NCBI RefSeq assembly: GCF_963853765.1 | Contig: NC_088855.1 | Location: 38,254,001-38,318,000, forward strand | Length of the DNA stretch: 64,000 nt | Direction: 5' to 3' | DNA from: Magallana gigas | Lineage: Eukaryota | Part shown: one piece after another, positions 10,853-24,989 of the stretch | Position numbering within the stretch: the stretch's first letter is position 1 | How the letters are laid out: each line of letters starts with the position of its first letter | Program-made: the position numbers and the translations under genes | The notes under the pieces: generated by a model | The model's input: the letters and a program-made list of their open reading frames with translations, nothing else | Told to the model about the DNA's origin: nothing | Database searches by the model: none

Positions 10853-13633
10853 ATGAAGACTGTGATAATCTTAATGGCAGTTATTATTCCAATGGTACAC
10901 GTATGTATTGCAAAGCTATTAGACATGATGCATCGGTCGTTTTATATTCATAAATGAACAATTCTTTTACGAATCAATTTGTAAATATGACTGAACAGGT
11001 TGAAATTCATGTAACAGATGTACCTGTAACAGTCATTCTAACGGGAAGAAGGAAAGTAAAGGTATATAAAAGAGTCTCAGAAAATACTTAATAGATAGAA
11101 ATAGATTTAGATATAGATATATAGTTTTCTCTGATCGGTGATAGTTTTATCTCAAGACCCGATCTATTTCCTTTAGTTTAAGTACTATTTAACATAAATT
11201 GTTATAGTGTCCATTATGTAATGAAGAGATTGTAATCTATCTCTTGCTCTGAAAAAAATTAAGAAAATTAAGAATACCTATATGAAAAGGGGGCGAGGTT
11301 AAAAAAAAAGTGTATTCTGATACATTTGTTTTAGGCATTTGCCCTGAGGATGTGTAATACGGGGTCCGAATGTAATGCAGACGAATGTTGTTTGTCCAAC
11401 ACCCCTCCCCGTGGACGCAGATTCCTGGACACCCACAGTCACCTTGGACATTGTGTTCCCATGGGAACGGACGGGTCTAGTAAGACTGAAATATACTGTA
11501 CTAATTCTACGACAATGATCTTTTAGTTTGTTATAGTCTATATTTCACATAGAGATTTCCTCTGAGTAAGTTAGAGAATAGCTAGGTAGGATGCCACTCG
11601 GTTTTTTACTGGTTACTAATGGAAAAGAGAGACAGTTCCGTTAAATTAAAATAAGTTCTCTATTCTTTAAGCGTCGGATGGAAAGTGCATTAAAACAGAA
11701 ACAAATTTCGAAACACCCTGTAGTAGAACACAGCAATGCACAAAGGCGAGATCGTTTTTACGCTTAAAATCTAAGGATCGATAATTCCGCATAAGTATGA
11801 AAATGCATAACGCTTATATGATGTAAGAAAACTAGAAAACAAAATATAAAATGTTTCCCCCTTGCCTAAGAAAGCTTTGTCCTCAAAGCTGCTTATATTT
11901 TCTTTTCTACCAGATATTTTTTAATTTCAATTATTCAATGTAATACTAAACTATGGTACTGTGCAAATTTGAGAAATAGAAATTCCCGTACCTGTCAGTG
12001 AGAAAAATTATGACATTTATAAACATCATTACTATGATATATACTCATCTACAGGATAACTAAAAGACAAACTAACGCTAATATCATGAAATATTAAAGA
12101 AACAAAATGCATTTGAAGTAAATATATACAGCAATAACACATAACGTGTCACAAAATCAATAAAACAAATGTATTTACAACTTGCAGCATAATAAATGAA
12201 TGTTCCAAAAAGAATTGTTATTATAAGTCACATTGTGAGATTTAGCCATATAGTAATTTTGGCCACAGAAGAATAATATTTGTAGATTGCATGAAAACAA
12301 ATGAAGTACAATGTGTTCACAAATGAAATAAATTCACAATTGTTAGTAAAATGAAGGTGAATTTAATGCACATAAGCCTTGACAGTACCAAGTAAAAATG
12401 CAAAAATGTACAAACACAAAAAGAAATGAATTGTAAAACAACGTAAGAGTTGTTAAAGCATCAACAATGAGAGAACCATAATGTGGTAATGGCTGATACA
12501 AATCATGGTGAGTGATAAAAACATGTATAATTTACCTTAAGGTTTCATGAATGTAAGAGGGAGGACAAATTTTCCAAAATGAAGGACATAATGGGAAATT
12601 TAAAACAGGGATCAAAATACATTCATGTCCATTTGTCAATTCAAAAACAATTTTTGTATATCTGTGCTTTTGTTTATTATAGAAATAATAAAGTGTCAAT
12701 GCCAAAAGAATGAAAATAATAAAAATTGTTATACATGTAGATATTTTTAAATTTTCTGAATTTTAAAACTTCAATGTAACATATATACAATCTAATATTA
12801 TACAAAATTCCTCAAACATCTGATGGATATGTATAGGTTGTCTTGTGAGATAATCACATCTAACAACGAGACCGGAAGATGTTGTATACGCATGCCCATG
12901 TAGCAATGGTCTACATTGTCATGGCAATGGTGTGAATGAGGTTCCACTCGGAGAAAGAGGTAACCAATCCCGGTCTTATTTACATCTTTTCCTTCTTCTC
13001 ACAATTAACCTTTCAAAAATCGATACATAAAAGCCCAGCCCCATATAAAGTAAAATCTTAAAATTTTCTTTTTAATTTTTTATATATTTTATTCTATTAA
13101 AGGGACTTGTACACGATTTGAGAACAAAAATTTTATTTTCATTTTTTATGTATAAAATGGTTTACTGGAGCATTTTAAATGATTGACCAAAATAGTAAAT
13201 GTTAAAGTCAAGTTACAAGCGAGATACAGCGGTAAGAATTGATAATTATGTAAACAAAGCTCGAGTCTTATAGTTGTTTACAAAAAATGTAATGTAGAAT
13301 TTTACCATTTCTCAGACAAAATGACATGTAAAAAACCAATTTAAACTAATTTAATATCTTCATAAATACTATTATCAACAAAAGAAAGATACATTTGATT
13401 GAAACTTACACCAATACAACACATGTAAAAATGACTATATTCGTGCTTTGTTTATAAAACCAAGAATTATGAACTCTGTATTTTGCTTATAATTTGATAT
13501 TTGAGTTTCACATTTTGACATAATATTATTAACTTCTATATTTATCAGTATAAACATTGAAAATGGAAAAACAAAATTTGAAAATTTTAAGTCAAATCGT
13601 GTCCAAGTCCCTTAAAGTCACTGTGCGTCATGA
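10853..13633 (+). pseudogene. Prokineticin/colipase-fold secreted peptide gene P1 (pseudogene)
   Basis: Exons 10853-10900, 11335-11479, 12837-12959 and 13617-13633. Premature TAA at 12851-12853 (TAT in P2). The last acceptor reads AA instead of AG, directly after a MITE insertion. Confidence 0.85.
13101..13612. mobile_element. Kolobok-type MITE (~512 bp) inserted at the last splice acceptor of P1
   Basis: TIR AGGGACTTG(T/G)ACACGATTTGA, flanked by TTAA-type sites. The empty site CCATTAAGGTCACTG is at ~31294-31308. Confidence 0.8.
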
Positions 13634-13721
13634 GATATGGCTGAAGGTGCAGTTTCTTTTGGTTTAAATAAATATGTTACTGTCAATTGTCTCATTGATT
13701 GATTATTCATCATTAATAGAT

Positions 13722-13873
13722 AAAAAACCCTGAACTTTATTTATTTGACAACGATAAATAAGCAAGTTCTACAACTAATATCAATATCTCTCTTTGGCAC
13801 GGATTTCAAAGCGCGAGGGGGTCATTGGTGTGGGAAGAAGCTGGAGTACCCGGAGAGAACCCACTTGTCCAAT
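13722..13873 (-). mobile_element. SINE 3' fragment
   Basis: Contains GGAGTACCCGGAGAGAACCCAC, the antisense of a widespread SINE central motif, plus an (AAAT)n-like tail on the minus strand. Absent from the duplicate near 31425. Confidence 0.55.
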
Positions 13874-15191
13874 CGATCGAATAATGCGCTGATGAATCGT
13901 TTTGGTTACTAACTTAACGAGACTTTTCAAATAAACCTGAAGGCTACAAATGAATGTGGAAAGAAATAAACATTAACTTATAAAGCTGTTATTGAATGAT
14001 AGTAATGTAACTTATAGTAAGCGCAGAACAACTTATCCATTTATGAAATTAAATATGCGTTACGTTTCCACCAATACAATACATGCAATACATAATTCCT
14101 CACACTCCGGTTTGCTAAAAGGGTGTTAGGAGAGAAACTTAGTACGATTATTGACGGTGCTTAACACTTGAATTAACATTTCCCGTATAAATCTGGTGTT
14201 ATCTGTCATGATGAGTTTTAATTGCCAATGTCATAATGTTCAAAATGTAATGGATGGCCTCCAATTGTTATAGATGGTCCTATTTATTATAATACCTTGG
14301 ACAAAGTTTTAAAGTCAATGCGATTTGTTGCTAAAGAAAGTCATGAAATGTTATCCGATGTGTATCTTAAGTTTGCTTCCGGCACAATACTCCAAAATAT
14401 TAGCCAATGTTGAAATTTTACGGAATTAAATTGTTAAACTGTTGGGTAAAAACTATTTTTAACTTATTGACATTGAGACTTCTTTACAAGATATCCAAAC
14501 TACCGTGGCAGTAAACGTCCTCTTATGTAGCCATGTTTGTTTCATTGTCTGCTTAATTTGCTGCTCTCTGTCCAGGATGGGAGTATCCTATTATGTAACC
14601 ACGAAACAATAAAAATTCTCGAAAACCAGTTTATGGTGAGGATCCAATTTTTTGTTGAAACGGGAAATGAAATTTTTTACTTAGTCTTTAGCACTTTTCT
14701 TCTTTGGGTGTGGGTGGAATAAGCTGATCAACCTCTAGCGGTTCTTGCAGAAAAGTGGAAAGGATGGAACTATTTAATTTTAAAAATCGGTGCATTTAAG
14801 AAGATTGATATGGCAGGCATGAAATATAAACTATTTTGTGTTTCAAAGCAAAAACTGCTGTTTTTAAATTTTATAAATGCTTATCATAAGTACCATTTGA
14901 AAAAAAAAACCACGAAACTAGTCAGAGGATTATTTTTTCCAGTATTTGCTCATTTAAAATCAAACTGAATTAGAAAAATCTCCGGAAACCTCCTCTAAAC
15001 ACAGACCATTCAAATTCTTCCTTTTAGATTAAAGCTTCCTTGAGTACATTTAATTCTTTACAATTAAAGTGTTTCACATTTCGACATAGCAATCATACTC
15101 AACTGCGATGTAGAGTTGAATTTAAAGTCGATGACCATGAAACTTATCTAAAACACCTGTTTATACACTGGATGTCTTTTTTAGTTGTGCA

Positions 15192-16634
15192 TTGAAATGG
15201 CATGACGGAATGGGGACAGCAAGCCGATTTCTCTCTCCTGTTGAATGTGCTCGCGGGGAGGAGGGTGGTGAAATTGGATCCATCCTCATCATGTCCATTG
15301 TGCTTGGGACACTTGTGGTGCCTACTGTTGTGTATGGACAACGGCCGGAGTCCGACCTCGATGCCGTAAATATCGTCAACGGGATCAATGTAACCGTTAG
15401 ATTGCTAGCGGCGGTGACGCTGGTTGTTGCATTTACTGCGATTCACTACAACATGCAGGAGTGGGTCAACTATAAGAGCTCCAACATGATAATAAAAACC
15501 AAATTGGTATTTATCTGGATTTTCGGATTCGCCAAAATGGTATTCATTGTGATAGAAGTAGTTTTCTATCTGAAATGCAGATATCTAATATCACTGGAGT
15601 TGACAGAAATTATAATCACTGACTGCTTCACAAGCATCATATTTGTGATTTTACAGCTTGTCTTTTTTCAGTTTGTTGCGCACTATACGTTTACGACCAA
15701 ACCCATCATTAAATATGTCTCCTCTGTTATTGCCATTGCAAATTTTATGGATTTTTTCATAGCGCTTACTTTAAGTGTCAACGAAAACAAAGATCTCATC
15801 TTCGACAGAAATAGGACAGATATAGAAAACTGCACCGGATATAGCCTGAAAGCTGTCAACAACATCATGTTTATCACTGAAGCTTTCAAAGCACCAATCG
15901 CTCTCCAATTTTCAGCGCTGGCAATAGCACTTGCTTTCAGTATGAAGCCAGATGCTGTAAAATCATCCAGTCAGTGTAATATTTTGGGCTTAAAATTTTT
16001 ATGGACGTCTCCGAAGAGGTTGGGAAGAGGTTGGGAAAGATTATCACTATCATTGTACTTATGAATGTCCCCCTTCTGGTTTGTGCACCATTCAATATTC
16101 TAAATTCCGAGAGTGAAATTCAATCCCGGATATGGTTGAGTTTATATATAGTTTGAGTTCATTTTATCTATTAATTATCTGATGTTTAAAAAACTGAAAT
16201 TAACCGTAAAATATGTCAGCATCAATGCTAATGAATTCATGCTTTTACTGAGTACCATCGCGGTAATATCTTACATGTCGATTCAAGCGTTTTACCAACG
16301 TGACGTCGATGGTATTCTGACGTCATTGATTGTCATTAGCCTGCCCTCTATTCTATACCAGGTCATCATCATCTTATTTGGGAGACGGATGGATCTCATT
16401 GGCAATGACATTTCCGCTGTTCACTCGATTCAGCAACTTGTGCTTATCCTTGGTTGCCAGAACATAGCAGTATGGTTCAATGATTTTCTATACGGCGTCT
16501 GGGACATGTTAAATGACCATATACTCCGACATGGTGTATTCAAGTATATAGCACTCATGTTGTACCCTTTGTTAGCCTACTATAGGTTTCAGTCGGCTAT
16601 GGAGCTGATGGAGTTGTACCACCATGTGTCTTGA
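15192..16634 (+). pseudogene. OTOP-like: Otopetrin-like copy B (pseudogene)
   Basis: 11-nt tandem duplication GAAGAGGTTGG (16013-16034) shifts the frame, and a second deletion lies near 16145-16160. First in-frame ATG at 15210; C-terminus YPLLAYYRFQSAMELMELY. Confidence 0.85.
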
Positions 16635-17058
16635 TATACAAATGTATAAAAAATATGCAATTGCTTTGAATAAAAGTTTATGAATAAAAAAGTTGTGATT
16701 GTAAATCCAAATGAACAACGACCGAGGCTAATGAAAGTAAACCCTACAATTTATCTTGAATGTTAACTAGACGAAATAAAAATTCTATATATGATAAAGA
16801 ATATTATGACGGTCAAACGTCGAATATTAAAAAGGCAGATAAGCAACCATTAACAGGATTTCATTCCAAATTTTCCGTGTACTATACATTTAAATTAAAT
16901 GTCGCGTTGGGTACCATTTAGTAATACAGAAAACACGGAAAGTTTTGATTTGGTTAGGTTGGTTGTTTCTTTAAATAAACACACTCAGATAGGAAGGGAG
17001 GTTGATAGCATCTGAGATAAACAGATTAACAGGTGTGAATATAAGACGTCCGATAGAC

Positions 17059-17966
17059 ATGACCCCCTAAAAACCCAACAATACTTGCAATATGCTTTGG
17101 ACTCTGTTTAGTACTTAATATTTTGTGTCATTAACGTATTTACATCTTATTTCACGTAATATGATGTTGTATTTGCCTAATATATCACGTTGTTTGACCA
17201 CTGGTATACATATATTGATACTAAATTGTTTGATCAATCTATATCGTAATATTTAAGGTACATCATACTGTCCTTTCATCAATAATGTTGGAAGACAAGA
17301 AACCAGATACAAATTGAGCTGTATTTATATATTCATTTAAACGCAAAAAATATTTCTAATACTTTCGACGTGTGAATATTGATACATGCTCTGATTCTAA
17401 GTTTTAGAAAAAAACTTTATAACAACAGACGTTTGTAATCAAGAAAACAATGGAACCTCGAATATGTTACCTAGCAACTGACTGTCATGAATGCTGTGAC
17501 GAATATGCTGTGTTTCTAACGTCCGACCGATCGGGAAAAGGCAGACGAGTTTCCATGGTCACTGCATTCCATTAGGAAAAGTCGGTGACGGTAACCGAGT
17601 ATCATGCGCATGGTTCAATGACCTTTTTGAATAAGACTGGTAAACAATGACTATAATAGTGAAATTTTCTTTGGAAAATAGGCAGATGTAAAGGCTCTTT
17701 CTGTTACATACTGAATAACGTGCTGTTTTGCATGATGTCTTGTGAGGAATGGTAACGCTACATCCAGACCCACTGAGCTCTTGTTTGCCTTTCCCTGTAC
17801 ACCCGGTCTATATTTTCATGGAGACCACCATTATGATATACCCTTAAGAGAAATTGGTACTCATGTTCTCTTTTTCATTTAGACATTCAATTGTCTGATT
17901 TTTAACTTTACCTTGCCTCAATTTCGCATGTTTTCTTTTTATTAAAGTCATTGTGCAAATCCATAA
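17059..17966 (+). pseudogene. Prokineticin/colipase-fold peptide gene P3 (pseudogene, P6 type)
   Basis: ATG ACC CCC TAA stop in exon 1; frameshift in exon 2 near 17500; exon 3 acceptor CAG>CAT; two Cys>Phe changes; exon 4 acceptor lost. Confidence 0.85.
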
Positions 17967-18800
17967 ATGATGGCTCTCTCTGACCCAAGATCCCGGCGTA
18001 TTTGTTATTTTAAAAAATATATTAATGTTGGAAAAAAATACAAAATATAAATTAAATATGAATGTCAAGGAAGAGGAAAGTGCAAAAATTATAATTTTCT
18101 TAATAGAGAGCTAATGTATGGGTTTTGTGTTATTACGTAATTTGCACAAGATATTTGATATGTACGGTTTCCTCTGAATAGGTTCTACATTGTTATTTGC
18201 TTAGCTGTTAGGCCAAGGTTTACAAATAAGAACAACATACATTTCTCTACAAAAAAAACCCCGAGTGCTTCGGTTGCTTACTACCCCAAGCATTGTTCCG
18301 AAAAGGTTAAAGGTAAGAATCGATAAGTTTAAAACTAAAATTTGAAATAACAGTAAGCAAGAAGCAAAGTGCAGAAAACTTAAGTAAAAAACTATGATAG
18401 GTAGCCGGATAGGACATGCAGATTCTCTTAACTCATAATTTATGAATTTTTCCAAAACTTTGTTATCTGAAAAAGTTGTTCTAAAAAAGATTTGTCAATT
18501 GGTTTGTTTTATTTGATTTGACATATTTAACACATCTAACTTTATATCTATATATCTGTCCATTTAACTATCAAAGTTGAGGTTGTGATCAAATAACGCA
18601 TTAACCCATTATTTACGCTTTACGTTTTAACTGACCTGTTAAAATTGTGATTTATTTCCTTGCTCTGACCAAAGATTTTATTCATATACATATAATTAGA
18701 ACGAGCAGTTTTTAGTCAAGGATAAACTGTAAATCAGAGTTGAAGCCAGCTAACCTTCCATGCATATAAACCGTTACCTATGGATTGTCTTATTAGCTAG

Positions 18801-19755
18801 GTTGTCTTGTGAGATATTCACAACGAGACCGGAAGACGTTGTATATCCATATTTATGTAGCGATGGTATTCCGCCACAAAAACTCCCAAGTCAGTTTGAT
18901 AGTTTATTGGCAGACAGATAACCACATGTGTGCACTGAGTCACGTGGTGCTCGTTCGTGTGCGTGTGTGAGTGTGGTAAAAAGCTACAAAATACAGAAAA
19001 ACCAAATTAAGTTTTAACACTAACTGCTTTCCATACAAAATTTTCTTGAACCTGACTTTAGTACATACAGTGAATCTTAAGTTCTATAAACTATTTCTCA
19101 ATATCACTATTTGATAAGTTCTTAAATTGATATGTCCAATTCAATTCACAAACAAAGATATAAAGATAATTATTGCCAACAATTACATGTATATATGTTA
19201 CTATTCAAACAAAAATGGCGCACCATACAATGAGCACATGGCAAATTGTAAACACAATTTATGCAAAATCGCATCTATATGCATTGTTGACAGTGTAGCT
19301 ACAGGTAACTAATAATGCAATCAAAGTAATGAGTAAAGTGTGCAATAATAAAAATGACTTACACCGTGGTTTACGAGCACTTAGACCAGCGGGTTGAATC
19401 GCCGTGCAACAATGGCGCCACAAAAACATACAATAGTTAACTCATGCGTGAAAGTATTCGTATTCGATTTGAGTCTAACCGACATAATAGAAAATAAACA
19501 AATTTCTCAACATTGAATATAAAATAAAGGGAACAGACAGAATAGATGGTCTGCATCGCCAAGGCAATGGTTTGAAAGAAGTTACACTCGGAGAAAGAGG
19601 TAACAAATCCCAGTCTTATTACCATCATTCCCCCCATCTGACAACCTACCTTTCTAAATTCGATATTGATAAGCCCAAGCCCAATTTAAAGCAAAATCTT
19701 AAATTTTTTTTTTATTTCATTTATTTTATTCCATTAAGGTAACTGTACGTTATGA
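18801..19755 (+). pseudogene. Orphan exon 3 + exon 4 relic of a P1/P2-type peptide gene
   Basis: Exon 3 remnant (18801-19599) has a 7-nt deletion and is split by an insertion; exon 4 remnant at 19739-19755. No exons 1-2 upstream. Confidence 0.8.
18867..19544. mobile_element. 678-bp insertion with 5-bp target duplication GATGG
   Basis: GATGG at 18862-18866 and 19545-19549; short imperfect TIR TATTC(C/T)G(C/T)C. Empty site at ~36413-36425. Confidence 0.75.
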
Positions 19756-20676
19756 AATTTAAGAATGGCCGAAGGACTATAAAGACAACCTAGTTCTTAA
19801 TGTTTAAATAAATATGCTGTCTCGTTGATATATTTTTCATCAATTAATTTATTGATTGAATGATGGATTGATTGATTTTGATATAATATCTTAACATGAC
19901 TATTGAACTAAACATGAAGGCTACAAACGAATGTGGAAACAAAAAAAAACCCGTTAACTTGTAAAGCTGTTATTGAATGATGATACCGGGGGTTATAGTA
20001 TTTTTAGTATTTGCGGAACAGCATATCTCTATGTTTAACTATGTTTAACATATTGACTTTGAAACACATTTACAAGGTATCCAAACTACTCTGGTAGTAA
20101 ATGTGTAGCTATGTTTGGTTCCTTGGCTGCTTAGTTTACTGCTACTAGTCCAGGACGGGAGTATCCTATTATGTAACCACGAAACTATAAAATTCTCGAA
20201 AACCAGTTTTGGGGAGGATGCAATTTTCTGCTGGATGGATTAAGCTGTTCAACCTCGAGTGGTTCTTGTAGAGAAGTTGAAAGGATGGAACTATTTGATA
20301 TTAAAAATCGGTTATTGCGCTCAGGAAGCCTAATATAGTAGGCATCAGATATAGAGTTTTATGTGTTTCCAAGCAATCTGACGCTTTTATACATCATAAA
20401 TAATCATTATTACCATTATTACCACAAAAAATATACGGAAGTACTCAGAGTATTTTTTTTTCCAGTATTAAGCTCATTTATAATCAAACTGAATCAGAAA
20501 AACTCCAAAAACCTCTTGAACATACAGACCATTCAATCTCTTCCATTTATATTAAAGATTCCTGCGTACTTTCAGTTGTTTACAATTAAAGTTTCTGACA
20601 TTTTGACATAGCAATCGCACTCAACTGCGATGTAGAGTTGACATGTCTTTTATACTCTGTGTGACTTCTTTTCAGA

Positions 20677-22120
20677 TTGGAATGGCATGGCGGAATGGGG
20701 ACAGCAAGCCGATTTCTTTCTCCTTTTAAATTCGCCGGCGGGGAGGAGGGTGGTGCAATTGGATCCATCCTTATTATATCCATCGTGCTTGGGATACTTG
20801 TGGTGCCTACTGTTGTGTATGGACAACGGCCGGAGTCCGACCTCGATGCCGTAAATATCGTCACCGGGATCAACGTAACCTTTAGATTGCTAAGCGGCGG
20901 TGACGCTGGTTGTTGCATTTACTACGATTCGTTATAACATGCAGGAGTGGGTCAACGATATGAGCTCCGACATTATAATGAAAACCAAATTGGTATATAT
21001 CTGGATTTTTGGATGCACCAAAACGGTATTCATTGTGATACAAGTCCTAATTTATCTGAAATGCAGATATCTAATATCACTCGAGTTGACAGAAACTATA
21101 ATCACTGACTGCTTCACAAGCATCATATTTGTGATTTTACAGCTTGTCTTTTTTCAGTATGTTGCGCGCTATACGTTTACGACCAAACCCATCATTAAAT
21201 ATGTCTCCTCTGTTATTGCCAATTCAAATTTTATGGATTTTTTCATAGTGCTTACTTTAAGTGTCAACGAAAACAAAGATCTCATCTTCGACAGAAATAA
21301 GACAGACACAAAAAACTGCACCGGATTTAGGCACAAAACTGTCAACAAAATCATGTTTATCACTGAAGCTTTCAAAGCACCAATCGCTCTCCAATTTTCG
21401 GCGCTGGCAATAACACTTGTTTTCAGTATGAAGCCAGATGCTGAAAAATCACCAAGTCAGTGTAATATCTTGGGCTTAAAGTTTTCATGGACGTCTTCGA
21501 AGAGGTTGTCAAAGATTATCACTATCATTGTACTTATAAATGTCCCCCCTCTGATTTGTGCACCATTCAATATTCTAAATTTCGAGAGTGAAACTCAATC
21601 CTGGATATGGTTGAGTTATGTTTTGGCACAGAAGACGGCTGCTCTTATTTGCATTTTGTCTATAAATTATCTGATGTTTAAGAAACTGAATTTGACCGTG
21701 AAATATATCAGCATGAATGCCAATGAATTCATGCTTTTATTGAGTGCCATCGGGGTAATGTCCTGTATGTCGATGCTAGCGTTTTACCAACGTGAAGTTG
21801 ATAGTATTTTGACGTCATTGATTGTCATTAGCCTGTCCTCTATTCTATACCAGGTCATCATCATCTTATTTGGGAGACGAATGGATCTCATTGGCAATGA
21901 AATTCCCTACTTGATTCAACAACTTGTGCTTATCCTTGGGTGTCAGAACATAACACTATGGTTCAACGATTTTCTTTACGGCCTTTGGGACATGTCCAAT
22001 GATCATATACTTCGGCATAGGGTATTTAAGTATATAGCACTCATATTGAACCCTTTGATAGCCTACTATAGGTTTCAGTCGGCTATGGAGCTTATGGAGT
22101 TGTACCGCCATGTGTCTTGA
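20677..22120 (+). pseudogene. OTOP-like: Otopetrin-like copy C, one +1 frameshift (pseudogene or sequencing error)
   Basis: CTAAGCG versus CTAGCG in paralogs at ~20892; otherwise open from ATG 20695 to TGA 22120. Confidence 0.75.
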
Positions 22121-22352
22121 TATAGTTTAAGAAGTATTTTCTTCAGAAATGAACACAGAGGTATAAAAATGAATATTGATCGAACAGTAGGCCAAAAACA
22201 GCCTATATTAGTTCTTTCCATTAAAGATAAAGACATATACATGTATATTTATAACAGAAGAAGTGTATATATCTTTAAGTTTTACATGTATATTTTACTA
22301 ATTTATAGAGGATACGAAGATAGAGCGACTAATTAATAACAGATTTGAGCTT

Positions 22353-22365
22353 AGAGAGAGAGAGG

Positions 22366-22413
<48 letters not shown>
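22353..22413. repeat. Imperfect (GA)n microsatellite
   Basis: Direct read; shorter counterpart at 39263-39312. Confidence 0.95.
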
Positions 22414-22422
<9 letters not shown>

Positions 22423-22429
22423 TATTTGT

Positions 22430-24989
22430 AATCATATAGCAGCTATGATAGGCTGAGGATTTGTCCTACATTTGCATGTAAGATACATTTAGTACAATGT
22501 TTATCATTGATGTTAAGTTACATTCTAAAATCGTTTACTGCCCAAATCAGCAGTAAAATTGCTAAAAAAAAATGTCTTAGTTGACAATAAAATATACACT
22601 TATTTAGATTTTTTTGTCCATGGTTATATAATTAACATGGTTTTTGCTTTGTATACTTTGCTTAAATTTGGCTATACTAGTTGAAGATTTTATACTGTCT
22701 GGCGAAGTGTTCCATAACTTAACTGTTGAGGGCAAAAAGCTATTTTAGAGTGCAACAGTTCTAGTAATTGGAATGTGAAATTAGTTATCATTGCGTAGGG
22801 ATAAATTATGTTTAACTGGTAAACATTGTTCAACCATATCATACAAATATTCAGGTGTATAATTATTAAGTATTTTGTACGTAAAGGTAATTTTCTGTTT
22901 TCTTTTCTTCTAGCACTAAATGTTTCCTACCCTAATTCATTATATACGTTTTTTGAGGATGTGCGTCTGAATCCGTTGATGATGCGCCCAGCCTCAATTT
23001 GTTAACATTCTAATGAATTACTCTTGTGTACAGTTATCCCATACTACATCACAATATTCTAAAAGAGGTCAGATTAAAGAAAAGTAAACTAACTAAAGAC
23101 TCCCTGTTTAGTTTATACTTAAGGCGCAAAGATTATTTAAACGCTGATATGCTTTATCAAAGAATTTTAAGAATATGTGCACTCCAAAATCCATTTCATG
23201 TGAGAGTAAGTCAGTGGCTTCGTTGTGGACCTTTTTGTGAACAAGATCATTTGTTAAAGATACCGGTCCTATTGCATCGGAGTCTACAATTATCATCGGT
23301 AAATAACCAAATTAGATTTTTAAGATTAACAGTTATATCATTGATATTTATCAAAAACAAAAATAAATCAAGTGCAGAGCCTTGGGGAATACCTGCATTC
23401 GTATTTTGTTTGGTAGAAGAGTATCCTTCTAGCAATATATGTTGTTCACGGTCAGAAAGATAATCTCAAATCCAATCTAGTATGCTTCTAAATATTCCAT
23501 TTTGTTGAGGTTTGTATAATACACCCTTATGCCAAACCTTATCAAACGCTTTTGAAATAACTCAGAAAATAAACCCTTTGGTCTAGATTTCTGATGATTG
23601 TATTATATATTTCTAAAAGTTGATACACAGAAGAATCTCTTCGTTAAAAATTATTTTCCCCAAATTTTGCATAGAAGACTAGTTAAAGCAATTTGTCTAT
23701 AGTTTCCTAGTTCGTCGGGACTACCTTTCTATTATAAACTGGTGTGATTTTAGAACGTTTTCACACATGTTAGTTGTTTACTAGTTAATGACGCATTGTA
23801 CAGTTTCAGTTTTGTAAGGGGTCCAATAATGGAAGGAATAATATTTTTAAGTATCCGTGGAGAAATGTCAGTAGGTCCTGGGGGTTTAGAGGGATGTATA
23901 TTTTTAACGGATCGTCTATGTTTAATATGTTCACAGAAAATGGAGGACCAGGTCCTTGAGGAGGTAATAGGGGTTCTGAACTATCCTCAACTTCTATATT
24001 TGCAAAATGTTTGTTGAGTACATTGACTTTGTCAATCGGGTGTATAAAAATTCTACAATTTGATTTAATTGGTGCGGATTTAATGTTTTTTTTGGTTTGG
24101 TTTTGTTTGTTTTGTTTCTTTTTTTTTTTCTTTATTGAAAATTTGGATATTGGTTTAGATATTCTTAGCCATTCTCCGGGGGGAATTGCTTTATTAAATA
24201 TCTGTGAGGTAATTTTTTCTTTGTAATTCTATTTTGATTTGCGTACCATGCTTAAAACTTCATTACGTAAATATAGATATTTATCCCATTGGTAATCATT
24301 GTTTTTTAAATTTTGCATTACAGTGTACCCTTTTCTTTGTCGCATTTTACGTCTAATAGCACTTAAATGAATGATTTATCCGAGGGTCGAATAGAACCTA
24401 CTTTTTCCTACAATTTGGAATGTTTTTGTCAACATAATGATTGTATTCTTTATTAAAATTGTCAAAAATATCATTAATGCTGTGATTATTAGATATCTCC
24501 CTATCCCAATCGACAACTAATGAATATAATCGTAACTGTTTGTAGCTAGCATTTGCAAACTTCTTACATATCTTTAGTATGAATGTTATTTAAATGTTAT
24601 AAAATGTAGATGTGCACTCACTGGGCAATGTGTACTACAAAAAGGTGTAAATACATTTACAGATTCAATATTTTTAACAACGTTGGTTATAAAAAGATCA
24701 ATACCCGTACTTCTTGATGCGGAAAAATTTATTGGTAATTTTGCAACATTTGAAAGAGAAAAATTTTGCAACATTTGTTTAAATGCATATCAGCTAATAT
24801 ATCAAAATTAAAATCGCCCAAGAAAAATATTGGCAATTCAGTATTCAATGCTCTTTATATGAATAGAGAAACCAGACTTAAAAGATCTGCTTTGGCACTT
24901 GGAGGTCTGTATAAAACACCAACGAAAATTTTCCTATTACCATTTTCTATCTCAAGTCATATAATTTCAATATAAGGAACATACATGAT
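22430..24989 (-). mobile_element. Degenerate CR1/L2-group LINE (APE endonuclease + RT remnants)
   Basis: Minus-strand remnants VGVLYRPP and FLGDFNFD (APE), IDLFIT..HCPV, AGIPQGSALD and LFTDD (RT), then C-terminal remnants. Many stops. Truncated at the duplication breakpoint 24989/24990. Confidence 0.85.

Larger units (their letters stand above)
3570..24611 (+). repeat. Segmental tandem duplication, unit 1
   Basis: Colinear with 24990-41589 (offset 21,420 bp at the start). Same order of OtopA, LINE, peptide gene, OtopB, peptide gene, relic exons, OtopC, (GA)n and minus-strand LINE. Confidence 0.9.

Noticed and set aside
23026-23463. 145-aa plus-strand ORF and similar short ORFs at 23796-24226 and 39716-39952
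   Set aside because: Antisense to the degenerate LINE.
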